A stretch of DNA of 24,000 nt from Ulvibacterium marinum (GTDB lineage Bacteria > Bacteroidota > Bacteroidia > Flavobacteriales > Flavobacteriaceae): assembly GCF_003626755.1 (NCBI RefSeq), contig NZ_RBCJ01000003.1, positions 167,859 through 191,858 of the forward strand, given 5' to 3'. The position numbers and the translations under genes are program-made. Positions 1 to 8,185 of this stretch are shown here, in pieces. The first letter of the stretch is position 1. Each line of letters opens with the position of its first letter. A model generated the notes under the pieces. The model had not been told where the DNA came from, made no database searches, and saw only the letters and a program-made list of their open reading frames with translations.

Positions 1-859
1 TATCCCCTTCTGGAGCTTTTGGGTTTGCGGGCGTCGTTCCTTGGAAAGTCAATAAGTAACTAGACACCTGAGCCATTTCTGCAGGTTTAAGTACATTTTT
101 CCAGGCAACCATACCTTTGCCATCCCGTCCTCCTTCGGAAACGGTATTGAACACATTTTTGATGCCACCACCAAGAATCCAGTGCTCATCAGTTAAATTG
201 GGGCCAATTCCCCCACCACCATCGGCCATATGACAGGCAACACAATTGGTCTCAAAAATGGCCTTGCCTGCACTTAAATCGGAGGCGTCTGTTAGAAGTT
301 CTACAGTATTGACATCTACCAAGTCCTTTGCTGTTTTCTTGTATTCTTCTATTTCGGCCTCGGCCAAGGCCACCTCGGTAACATATTCCTCATCCTGGGT
401 GTAATCCCCAAAAACATGGAAACGGGCAAGATATATTACACCAAAAACGATGGTGGCATAGAACATCCAGACCCACCAAGGGGGTAACTTGTTATCCAAT
501 TCTCGGATACCATCATAGTTGTGGTCCAGAATAATCTCGCCTTCGGCTTCTATAGGCTTAGAGCCTAATGATCTTTGGTATATTTTTTTGCCCCATTTCC
601 ATTCCCATCTTTTGGCTTTTGCCGAAAGGTATCGTTCCTTGGCTTCCTCCGAGAGTGTTTGGAACATCACATTTTCTATGGATTGTAGCATCAATTCTAT
701 CCCAATCAATATCAATAACACCATCAGTAGGAAGAACTGGGTAATGGGATATTCAATGATTGCCGGTTTATCCCCAGAATCGATGAAATATTCCATCAAT
801 CCAAAAATGAGGAAGAAAACTACGGGGATCCGTATCCACCAGGGTGATATATTTCTCAT
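1..859 (-). CDS. ccoP: cbb3-type cytochrome c oxidase subunit III-like membrane c-type cytochrome (CcoP), 3' end cut by window edge
   Basis: Own minus-strand translation from ATG 859..857: MRNISPWWIRIPVVFFLIFG...LDNKLPPWWVWMFYATIVFGVIYL...FETNCVACHMADGGGGIGPNLTDEHW...TPANPKAPEGD. It has TM helices plus a CxxCH heme-c motif. The frame is open to nt 2. Its ATG overlaps the stop of the upstream ccoQ-like gene (ATGA). It is absent from the ORF track only because no stop lies in the window. Confidence 0.8.
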   Translation of the reverse strand, partial: MRNISPWWIRIPVVFFLIFGLMEYFIDSGDKPAIIEYPITQFFLLMVLLILIGIELMLQSIENVMFQTLSEEAKERYLSAKAKRWEWKWGKKIYQRSLGSKPIEAEGEIILDHNYDGIRELDNKLPPWWVWMFYATIVFGVIYLARFHVFGDYTQDEEYVTEVALAEAEIEEYKKTAKDLVDVNTVELLTDASDLSAGKAIFETNCVACHMADGGGGIGPNLTDEHWILGGGIKNVFNTVSEGGRDGKGMVAWKNVLKPAEMAQVSSYLLTFQGTTPANPKAPEGD

Positions 860-1050
860 AATACTTCTTCTTTAGGTTGATTATCTTTTTCCAAGGGCAA
901 TTCGCTTACTTCTTTTATATGGTCCTTTCCTGCGGTAAATACCCACCAAAAGAGCAGGGCAAAAAAGATAAAGAAGATAAGTAGCGATATCATGGGATAG
1001 GTGGCAATGCCCTCTATACTTTCCATATGGTTTTTTACAAATTTCAACAT
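856..1050 (-). CDS. ccoQ: small single-TM cbb3 oxidase component (FixQ/CcoQ-like)
   Basis: 64-aa ORF with one hydrophobic helix (MISLLIFFIFFALLFWWVF). It starts 6 nt after the ccoNO stop and overlaps the ccoP start. Size, topology and position match CcoQ. Confidence 0.6.
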   Translation of the reverse strand: MLKFVKNHMESIEGIATYPMISLLIFFIFFALLFWWVFTAGKDHIKEVSELPLEKDNQPKEEVL

Positions 1051-1056
1051 GGCCTA

Positions 1057-3258
1057 TTATTTGTTTTCTGAGAGTAGTTCATCGGTTTCCTTTACTTTAA
1101 TGTCCGTGCCCAACCTTTGCAGATAGGCGATCATGGCAACAATTTCACGGTCTTTCATTTCTACAAATTCCTGTCCGTTTTCCTGTGCTCGCTTTTTGGA
1201 CGCCTCATAGCTCGCTACAAAATCCGGATCGGAATATAGGTTCTTTTCAATTTGGCTCGCCTGCTCATCCATCGCTTGCACGGCATTGGCAATATCCTCC
1301 TCTGTGTAGGGTACCCCTAGGCTAACCATAGCTTCCATTTTGTCCTGTACCGAGCTACGGTCGTGTTCGTTGTTTATAAGCCATTGGTAAGCGGGCATTA
1401 TGGATCCCGATGAGGTAGTTTGGGGATCGTACATATGGTTAAAATGCCAATTGTCCGAATATTTTCCACCAACCCTAAGCAAATCCGGTCCGGTGCGTTT
1501 ACTGCCCCAGAGGAAGGGGTGATCATAGACAAATTCCCCGGCTTTGGCGTATTCGCCGTAGCGTTCCACCTCACTTCGGAAAGGACGAACCATTTGGGAG
1601 TGACAGCCCACACATCCTTCTCGGATATAAAGGTCCCTACCTTCCAATTCCAATGGGGTATACGGTTTTACACTAGTAATAGTAGGGATATTCGATTTTA
1701 CCAGAATTGTGGGTACAATCTGGATAATACCCCCTATAAGGATAGCCACGGTGGCCAAGATGGTCAGTTGTATGGGTTTACGCTCCAACCACGTATGGAA
1801 GGTCTCACCTGCGGTCCTTCTTTTGGAAACCCTGGTCAAGGCGGCTGCCTCGGCAAGTTCATCCTCTACCTTGCTACCCGATCTAATGGTTACCACCACA
1901 TTGTATACCATTACCAGTGCCCCTACAAGATATAGACTGCCACCAATGGCGCGCATCCAATACATTGGTATAATTTCGTTTACGGTCTCCAAGAAGTTTC
2001 CATAGACCAATGTGCCATCCGGATTAAAATCCTTCCACATCAATGCCTGGGTAAATCCGGCGACGTACATAGGCAGTGCGTATAGGATGATACCCAAAGT
2101 ACCTATCCAAAAATGGAAGTTGGCCAAGGGAGTGGAATGCAATCGCGTCTTGAACATTTTGGGAACCAACCAATAGATCATGCCAAAGGTCAAGAAGCCG
2201 TTCCAAGCCAATGCACCAACATGGACGTGGGCAATGATCCAGTCACTAAAGTGGGCAATGGCATTTACGTTCTTCAAGGATAACATGGGTCCCTCAAATG
2301 TAGCCATACCGTAACCGGTAATCGCTACGACCATAAATTTGAGTGTTGGATCGGTCCGTACCTTGTCCCATGCCCCACGAAGGGTCAATAATCCATTGAT
2401 CATACCACCCCAAGAAGGAGCAATCAACATTACGGAGAAGGCAACACCCAGATTCTGTGCCCAATCTGGCAAAGCAGAGTACAATAAGTGGTGTGGCCCA
2501 GCCCAGATATAGATGAATATTAAGGACCAAAAGTGGACTATAGACAGTCTATAGGAATAGATCGGCCTATTCGCAGCCTTGGGAACAAAGTAATACATAA
2601 GTCCCAAGAAAGGGGTAGTCAAGAAAAAGGCCACGGCATTATGCCCATACCACCATTGAACCAAGGCATCCTGGACTCCGGCATAAACGGAATAGCTTTT
2701 TAAGGCGCTTACGGGAAGCTCAAGGCTATTGAAAATGTGAAGTACGGCAACGGTTACGAAGGTAGCTACATAGAACCAAATGGCTACATATAGGTGGCGC
2801 TGCCTCCTTTTGATCATGGTTCCGATAAGGTTCACCCCAAAAGCGACCCAAACCAGTGCAATAGCAATATCAATAGGCCATTCCAGCTCGGCGTATTCTT
2901 TGGAGGTGGTATAGCCCAAAGGAAGTGTTATAGCGGCGGCCACAATGATTAACTGCCACCCCCAAAAATTAAAATTGCTCAGAAAATCATTGAACATCCG
3001 GGCCTTGAGCAAACGCTGGGTGGAGTAGTAGACCCCCGCGAAAATGGCATTCCCCACAAAGGCAAAGATTACCGCATTGGTATGCAACGGCCGTAAGCGA
3101 CCGAAACTTAACCAGGAGATGCCATCGGTCAAGTTGGGGAATAGGAACATAAAGGCCAATATAAGCCCCACCAGAAAACCTACAATCCCCCACAGCATTG
3201 TCGCATAGAGGAATTTTTTTACGATTTTATTATCGTAGTAAAACTGCTGTACTTCCAT
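1057..3258 (-). CDS. ccoNO: cbb3-type cytochrome c oxidase, fused subunits I and II (CcoN-CcoO)
   Basis: 733-aa ORF. The N-terminal part is a polytopic heme-copper oxidase subunit I with His-bearing helices (WYGHNAV, GPHHLLY, AHVHVGALAW, HFWIG). The C-terminal part has one TM plus CVGCH heme-c (CcoO-like). The fusion is typical of Bacteroidota. Confidence 0.9.
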   Translation of the reverse strand: MEVQQFYYDNKIVKKFLYATMLWGIVGFLVGLILAFMFLFPNLTDGISWLSFGRLRPLHTNAVIFAFVGNAIFAGVYYSTQRLLKARMFNDFLSNFNFWGWQLIIVAAAITLPLGYTTSKEYAELEWPIDIAIALVWVAFGVNLIGTMIKRRQRHLYVAIWFYVATFVTVAVLHIFNSLELPVSALKSYSVYAGVQDALVQWWYGHNAVAFFLTTPFLGLMYYFVPKAANRPIYSYRLSIVHFWSLIFIYIWAGPHHLLYSALPDWAQNLGVAFSVMLIAPSWGGMINGLLTLRGAWDKVRTDPTLKFMVVAITGYGMATFEGPMLSLKNVNAIAHFSDWIIAHVHVGALAWNGFLTFGMIYWLVPKMFKTRLHSTPLANFHFWIGTLGIILYALPMYVAGFTQALMWKDFNPDGTLVYGNFLETVNEIIPMYWMRAIGGSLYLVGALVMVYNVVVTIRSGSKVEDELAEAAALTRVSKRRTAGETFHTWLERKPIQLTILATVAILIGGIIQIVPTILVKSNIPTITSVKPYTPLELEGRDLYIREGCVGCHSQMVRPFRSEVERYGEYAKAGEFVYDHPFLWGSKRTGPDLLRVGGKYSDNWHFNHMYDPQTTSSGSIMPAYQWLINNEHDRSSVQDKMEAMVSLGVPYTEEDIANAVQAMDEQASQIEKNLYSDPDFVASYEASKKRAQENGQEFVEMKDREIVAMIAYLQRLGTDIKVKETDELLSENK

Positions 3259-3263
3259 AATAA

Positions 3264-3485
3264 CTATTGATTTATTTCGGTTGATTTATCCACTTTTAGT
3301 TCACCTTTTGATTTTTCCCCTTCCGTCAAGGATGAGGGCTTTACCAATTCATCTTCAAATAGCATTCGTACCGATGGAGTATAGGAATCGTCATATTGAC
3401 CACTCCTAACAGAAATAATAAATGCCGTGAAAAAGATGACCGCAACAACAATGCTAATGGCCAACAATACATATATAACACTCAT
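3264..3485 (-). CDS. ccoS: cbb3 oxidase maturation protein CcoS/FixS
   Basis: 73-aa ORF with one N-terminal TM followed by RSGQYDD, the CcoS signature region. It ends 5 nt upstream of ccoNO. Confidence 0.75.
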   Translation of the reverse strand: MSVIYVLLAISIVVAVIFFTAFIISVRSGQYDDSYTPSVRMLFEDELVKPSSLTEGEKSKGELKVDKSTEINQ

Positions 3486-3536
3486 ACCTTACCTGAATTC
3501 TGGCGTAAAACTAAGTTGGGCACTATCCATAGAAAA

Positions 3537-3548
3537 TGATATTTATCA
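3537..3548 (-). promoter_or_regulatory. FNR/CRP-type dyad box upstream of ccoS-ccoNO-ccoQ-ccoP
   Basis: Plus strand reads TGATATTTATCA, a perfect TGAT-N4-ATCA. In gene sense it is CTGATAAATATCAT. Exactly 23 nt downstream in sense lies TAGTTTTA (3513..3506), a 7/8 match to TAnnTTTG, and ccoS ATG 3485 is 20 nt further on. Confidence 0.55.
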
Positions 3549-3601
3549 GGTTTTAAAATAATTTTTCTTTTTGCCTTGACGTCTGCGAAAAGAGAAATTT
3601 G

Positions 3602-5998
3602 TCAGTTTATTTTTTTGCCCAATAAATTGGTCATTACCGTAGTAAATGTCACAATGCTTATTGAACTCAGAGGCATTAAAATGGCCGCAATAACGGGCTG
3701 TAACTGCCCTGTTACCGCAAAGTAAAGTCCGATTACATTGTATAGTAGGGACAAAACAAAGCTCAGTTTAATGATTTTCATGGCTTTTTTGGAAGCCAAT
3801 ATATATTGATGCAACTGACGAAATTTGGTGGCATCCAAAATACCGTCACAAGCGGGGGAGAACACATTTACGTTTTCGGAGATGGCAATACCTACATCAC
3901 TTTGGGCCAAGGCCCCGGCATCATTTAGTCCGTCGCCGACCATCATCACTTTTTCACCTTGCTCCTGAAGGGATTTGATGAACTGTAGTTTGTCCTTCGG
4001 TTTCTGGTCAAAATATAAAGGTACTAATTTAGGTAACAGTTTTTCCAAACGGGCTTTTTCACCTTCATTATCCCCTGAGAGAATGGCCAACTTCAAATCC
4101 GCAGCCATGGTCTTGAACAATTCCGAAACACCTTCGCGATACATGTTATGAAAGACATAACGTCCTTTGTAGCTCTCATTGCTACTCACGTGTACCGAGG
4201 TATTCAACTCATTGGCGGATGATTCCGTACCCACAAAATCTGCCGATCCAATCTTGATGTGATTGTCATCCTTGCTTCCTTCCAAGCCTTTGCCCAAATG
4301 TTCCTCATATTCATCCAAGGGAACAATGTTGTTTTCCGCAAGTACATCGTACAAGGCACGACTTAATGGATGGTTGGAGGCCCGTAACGTATTTTTCAAC
4401 AATGATTCCTCTTCCTCGGTCAGGGGCATACCTTCATAACTGGCCGTAGTCCTTTTGGTTGTGGTAATGGTTCCTGTCTTATCAAAAATAGCAGTGCCTA
4501 TCCCAGCCAATCGTTCTATGGTCTGTACATCCTTTAGGTAGAATTTTTTTCTGCCAAAGATGCGTAACATATTTCCTAGGGTAAATGGTGCCGCCAAAGC
4601 AATGGCACATGGGCAGGCTATAATGAGAACGGCTGTAAAAACATTCAGGGCCTTACTGGGATCATAATACAGCCAAAAGGCCGTAGCAATGGATGCTATG
4701 GTCAAAACGGCTAATGTAAATCGTTTTCCGATACTATCCGTAATCGTCCTGAACCGGCTCGGTCTATCTTTTTGAAATACAGTATTGCTCCAAAGTTGGG
4801 TAAGGTAGCTCTGCGATACGGATTTTAAAACCTCCATTTCCAGGGCCCCGCTTAATTGCTTTCCTCCGGCAAAAACTTTATCCCCGGACACTTTGCATAC
4901 GGGTTCCGATTCGCCCGTAACAAAACTGTAATCTATTTGGGCATCACTGTTAATGAGAATACCATCTGCCGGAATAAGTTCGTGGTTTCGGATAAGAAGC
5001 CTATCCCCTCTTTTAATTTTATAAACCTGAACGGATTCCTCCTTTCCATTAGGATTTATACGAGTAATTGCAATTGGGAAATACGATTTGTAATCCCGTT
5101 CAAAGGAAAGGAAGGAATAGGTTTTTTGTTGAAAGAACTTTCCGAGCAAAAGGAAGAAGACAAGTCCCGTAAGGCTATCGAAGAAACCGCTTCCCAAGTT
5201 GAAAATGATTTCCAGGGTGCTGCGTAGAAAAAGTACCAAAATACCCAGGGCAATGGGAACATCAATATTCAATAACCGACTCCGCAATCCCTTATACGCC
5301 GATATAAAATAATCCTGGCCTGCATAAAATACCACGGGCAACGAAAAGAAGAACATCAACCAACGAAAAAGATGTTTGTACCGCTCCAGCCAAAATTCCT
5401 CGGTGACCGATTCGTCCAAATGCAGATCAAAGTATTCCGGAAAGGAGAGAAACATTACATTTCCAAAGGCAAAACCTGCGACTCCTAGTTTGTAAATTAG
5501 ACTCCGATCTACCTTTTTTTTGCCACTATCATAGTCCTCTAGGGAAATATAGGGTTCATAACCGATACGGGCCAGTAGGACAACCAGTTTTTTTAAGGAA
5601 AATTCAGCGGTCGTATAGGTAATGCGTACCGTTTTCTTGGGAAAATCTACCTGGGCTGCGGTTACCGAGGGGTGCAACTTGTTTAGATTCTCCAGTACCC
5701 AGATACAGGAACTACAATGGATATGGGGGATATACAGGCTAACAACCTGGACCTTGTTTTCATTGAATTCCGTTAGTCTTTCAACAATAGCAGGAGTATC
5801 CAGAAAATCGTACTTTCCTTCAACCTCTTTTGGAGTGGCCCCAGCAGCCGATTGTAGGTCATAATAATAGGATAGGTCGTTGCTAGAAAAAATTTCGTAT
5901 ACAGTTTTGCAACCGTTACAGCAGAAGTCTTTCTCATCGAACTTAATGGATGTAGTGCCACAATGGTCACCGCAATGATAACACTTGGTCGTTTCCAT
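3602..5998 (-). CDS. ccoI: copper-translocating P1B-type ATPase for cbb3 oxidase assembly (CcoI/FixI)
   Basis: 798-aa ORF. It has an N-terminal Cys-rich metal-binding region (CYHCGDHC...CCNGC), an HMA-like CSSC, a CPC motif in the TM helix (IIACPCAIALA), DKTGT (FDKTGTIT) and the GDGLND hinge (VGDGLNDAG). It sits next to the cco genes. Confidence 0.9.
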   Translation of the reverse strand: METTKCYHCGDHCGTTSIKFDEKDFCCNGCKTVYEIFSSNDLSYYYDLQSAAGATPKEVEGKYDFLDTPAIVERLTEFNENKVQVVSLYIPHIHCSSCIWVLENLNKLHPSVTAAQVDFPKKTVRITYTTAEFSLKKLVVLLARIGYEPYISLEDYDSGKKKVDRSLIYKLGVAGFAFGNVMFLSFPEYFDLHLDESVTEEFWLERYKHLFRWLMFFFSLPVVFYAGQDYFISAYKGLRSRLLNIDVPIALGILVLFLRSTLEIIFNLGSGFFDSLTGLVFFLLLGKFFQQKTYSFLSFERDYKSYFPIAITRINPNGKEESVQVYKIKRGDRLLIRNHELIPADGILINSDAQIDYSFVTGESEPVCKVSGDKVFAGGKQLSGALEMEVLKSVSQSYLTQLWSNTVFQKDRPSRFRTITDSIGKRFTLAVLTIASIATAFWLYYDPSKALNVFTAVLIIACPCAIALAAPFTLGNMLRIFGRKKFYLKDVQTIERLAGIGTAIFDKTGTITTTKRTTASYEGMPLTEEEESLLKNTLRASNHPLSRALYDVLAENNIVPLDEYEEHLGKGLEGSKDDNHIKIGSADFVGTESSANELNTSVHVSSNESYKGRYVFHNMYREGVSELFKTMAADLKLAILSGDNEGEKARLEKLLPKLVPLYFDQKPKDKLQFIKSLQEQGEKVMMVGDGLNDAGALAQSDVGIAISENVNVFSPACDGILDATKFRQLHQYILASKKAMKIIKLSFVLSLLYNVIGLYFAVTGQLQPVIAAILMPLSSISIVTFTTVMTNLLGKKIN

Positions 5999-6020
5999 TC
6001 ACATTTGCTTACTATACCTT

Positions 6021-6036
6021 TTGCAAATATTTGCAA
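6021..6036. promoter_or_regulatory. perfect 16-bp palindrome TTGCAAATATTTGCAA in the ccoI / fnr-like divergent region
   Basis: Self-complementary over all 16 nt by direct reading. Each strand contains AATATTTG, a 7/8 match to the TAnnTTTG -7 motif. It may therefore be two back-to-back -7 boxes, an operator, or both. Confidence 0.4.
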
Positions 6037-6054
6037 GTTTTACAAACATAGATA

Positions 6055-6066
6055 TGATAATTGTCA
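6055..6066 (-). promoter_or_regulatory. FNR/CRP-type dyad box upstream of ccoI, and 53 nt upstream of the fnr-like gene
   Basis: Plus strand reads TGATAATTGTCA. In ccoI sense it is CTGACAATTATCAT. Exactly 23 nt downstream in sense lies AATATTTG (6031..6024), and ccoI ATG 5998 is 25 nt further on. Confidence 0.5.
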
Positions 6067-6118
6067 GCTTTTCAATATTTTTATATAATTTTTCGTAACA
6101 ACCCAATAACAATGAGGT

Positions 6119-6823
6119 ATGGATAAGGAGGAGCAGGAAAGTAGATGTGAGCAGTGTATCATACGCCAATTTAATGCATTGCGCGCCATGAGCAAAGAGG
6201 AGCTTAAAAAGGTATCCGACTCCAAGATGGTTAGAAAAATAAAAAAGGGGGAGTCCATTTTTGAGGAAGGAGAAAAACTCAATGGTGTTTTTTGTGTTCG
6301 TAACGGGGTTTCAAAGCTCTCCAAGTTGAGTGCCAACGGTAAAGATCAAATCGTAAAATTGGCCACTAAAGGAGAAGTTATGGGACAACGTTCCGTAATT
6401 GCCGAGGAACATTCCAATTTAAGTGCTGTGGCCGTAAATGATATGGAAGTGTGCTATATTCCAAAGGAAAGTATTGTCCATACCTTAAAATCCAATCCCG
6501 ACTTTACCGTAGAAGTACTCCGACATATGGCCCACGACTTAAGGGAGGCCGATGATGTTATTGTAAATATGAGCCAAAAAACGGTAAAACAACGGGTTGC
6601 AGAGGCTTTTCTATACCTGAAAAATAATTTCGGAGAGGATAAAGAAGGTTTTTTAATGCTAACCCTTTCCAGGGAGGATATTGCCAATGTAGTTGGCACC
6701 GCTACGGAAAGTTGCATCCGTATTATTTCCGAATTTAGAAAAAAAGGATTCTTAAAGACTTCTGGAAAAAGAATAGGTATTGCCGATGAACGAAAACTGC
6801 AGGACTTGGTAGAAGGATTTTAA
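6119..6823 (+). CDS. Crp/Fnr family transcriptional regulator (candidate O2/redox sensor)
   Basis: 234-aa ORF with a cNMP-binding-like beta-roll (GESIFEEGEKLNGVFCVRNG). The C-terminal HTH reads SREDIANVVGTATESCIRIISEFRKKG, with the E...R spacing seen in the FNR recognition helix. Cys10-x2-Cys13 and Cys112 are present. Confidence 0.85.
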   Translation: MDKEEQESRCEQCIIRQFNALRAMSKEELKKVSDSKMVRKIKKGESIFEEGEKLNGVFCVRNGVSKLSKLSANGKDQIVKLATKGEVMGQRSVIAEEHSNLSAVAVNDMEVCYIPKESIVHTLKSNPDFTVEVLRHMAHDLREADDVIVNMSQKTVKQRVAEAFLYLKNNFGEDKEGFLMLTLSREDIANVVGTATESCIRIISEFRKKGFLKTSGKRIGIADERKLQDLVEGF

Positions 6824-6827
6824 AAGC

Positions 6828-6839
6828 TGACATATATCA
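6828..6839 (+). promoter_or_regulatory. FNR/CRP-type dyad box upstream of the usp gene
   Basis: CTGACATATATCAT (core TGACATATATCA), 5 nt after the fnr-like stop. Exactly 23 nt downstream lies TAATTTTA (6863..6870), a 7/8 match to TAnnTTTG. The usp ATG is at 6895. Confidence 0.5.
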
Positions 6840-6894
6840 TAGTTTGAGCCTATGTACTAGATTAATTTTACCTTGTACTATTAGACTCCGATCT

Positions 6895-7797
6895 ATGAAA
6901 AGCATATTATTACCTACCGATTTTTCCGATAATGCGTGGAATGCTACCCAATACGCCGTGGAGCTTTTTAAGGATGAAGAATGCGTTTTCCACCTACTCA
7001 ATACATATACTCCCGCAATTGCCAATAGTAGATTTATGGCGGCCACCTTGGATGCCGGCAATTTGGAAAATGGGGCACGGGCCTTTTCTGAAAATGGGCT
7101 GAAGGAAGTAGTGAAACGCATACAGAAAAACTATAGGAATCCAAAACACCATTTTAAAACCCTGTCCTCATTCTGCTTGTTGACCGAGGAAATCAAGGAA
7201 GTTGTAGAAAAAGAAGAGATAGATCTGGTGGTTACCGGGACAAAAGGCGCTTCCGGGTTGGAGGAGGTATTTATGGGAAGCAATACGGTCCGAATAATAA
7301 AATCGGTTAAAAATTGCCCCGTCCTGGCCGTTCCACAACATTTTAGATATGTTGCTCCTTCAGAGGTTGCTTTCGCTACGGATTTTAATCGCTTTTATAC
7401 GGAATCCGAGCTTATACCTTTGATTGAACTGGCGAATACCTTTAATGCCGTAATACGCATTGTATACGTTCAATATGAAATCAAGTCACTCACGGAGATT
7501 CAGCAGTTTAATCTATCCATGTTACGCAAATACCTTTCCGATGTAGAGCATTATGTGCATACGGTTTCCGAACTAAATTCTGTGTCCAAAACCTTGGAGA
7601 TGTTTGTAAATGAGTTGGACATCCATCTATTGGCCATGCTTCACTATCAACATAGTTATATGGAACGTATGACCCGGGAACCTGTAGTAAAACGCATGGC
7701 CTTCCATACGCAAATACCTTTGTTGGTCATCCCAGAGTTGGGCATGAGCGCACCATATAGGCATAAAAGGGAACAAGAAATGTCCGTTTCCAAATAA
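6895..7797 (+). CDS. tandem-domain universal stress protein (UspA family)
   Basis: The track ORF starts at TTG 6844, but ATG 6895 (MKSILLPTDFSDNAWNA...) is the typical Usp N-terminus. There are two Usp-like halves. The ATP-binding-type motif is GTKGASGLEEVFMGSNT. Confidence 0.8.
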   Translation: MKSILLPTDFSDNAWNATQYAVELFKDEECVFHLLNTYTPAIANSRFMAATLDAGNLENGARAFSENGLKEVVKRIQKNYRNPKHHFKTLSSFCLLTEEIKEVVEKEEIDLVVTGTKGASGLEEVFMGSNTVRIIKSVKNCPVLAVPQHFRYVAPSEVAFATDFNRFYTESELIPLIELANTFNAVIRIVYVQYEIKSLTEIQQFNLSMLRKYLSDVEHYVHTVSELNSVSKTLEMFVNELDIHLLAMLHYQHSYMERMTREPVVKRMAFHTQIPLLVIPELGMSAPYRHKREQEMSVSK

Positions 7798-7880
7798 TTA
7801 TTGGTCCCTTCAAAGTAGATTTTCTTTTTATATGGGTATTCACAGCGGCGTTCCTATGGAAAATTGCTGCGATATCATTT

Positions 7881-8108
7881 CTAATGAAGACGCTCACTTA
7901 TGGGATAGTCCTCATAGAAATCCTCAAACGTTTTTTCCGTGTGATAATTTTCGGTCAATACTTTATAGACCATATAGACAATTAAAATTTGTCCTAAAAC
8001 GGTCAAATAAAAGACCCAATTGAATGGGAAGTCCATGGCGACCATAATCGTTACCATAACTAGAAGCAGGGTAGTAATTCCTACCCAAAACATGGAAGTA
8101 CTTTGCAT
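7881..8108 (-). CDS. small hypothetical membrane protein (2 predicted TM helices, acidic C-terminus)
   Basis: 75-aa ORF with two hydrophobic stretches (FWVGITTLLLVMVTIMVAM and WVFYLTVLGQILIVYMVY). I recognise no family. It is called because it is the only coherent ORF in a gap of more than 400 bp. Confidence 0.45.
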   Translation of the reverse strand: MQSTSMFWVGITTLLLVMVTIMVAMDFPFNWVFYLTVLGQILIVYMVYKVLTENYHTEKTFEDFYEDYPISERLH

Positions 8109-8177
8109 AGCGATTTTTATTTCTAAAGTAACACAAATCTTTATTTGGCACTGTTAAGATAACGGTAAAAGAATACG

Positions 8178-8185
8178 TAATTTTG
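8178..8185 (+). promoter_or_regulatory. Bacteroidota -7 promoter motif (TAATTTTG) for ndh
   Basis: Exact match to TAnnTTTG, 14 nt upstream of ndh ATG 8200. It overlaps the palindrome ATTTTGTACAAAAT (8180..8193). Confidence 0.4.

Noticed and set aside
519-875. 118-aa plus-strand ORF from the track
   Set aside because: It lies antisense inside the well-supported ccoP reading frame. Its composition is low-complexity and it has no recognisable motifs.
1398-3193. Several 60-171-aa ORFs on both strands within ccoNO
   Set aside because: All are nested in or antisense to a 733-aa ORF with unambiguous oxidase motifs. They are shadow ORFs.
3567-3592. Hairpin CTTTTTGC-N10-GCGAAAAG, 10 nt after the ccoI stop, as a possible terminator
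   Set aside because: On the transcribed (minus) strand the T-G wobble becomes a C-A mismatch, and the following U tract is interrupted. The support is too weak for a feature call.
6844-6894. TTG start giving a 17-aa N-terminal extension of the Usp protein
   Set aside because: ATG 6895 gives the canonical MKxILxPTDFS Usp N-terminus. The extension would also overlap the predicted promoter region.
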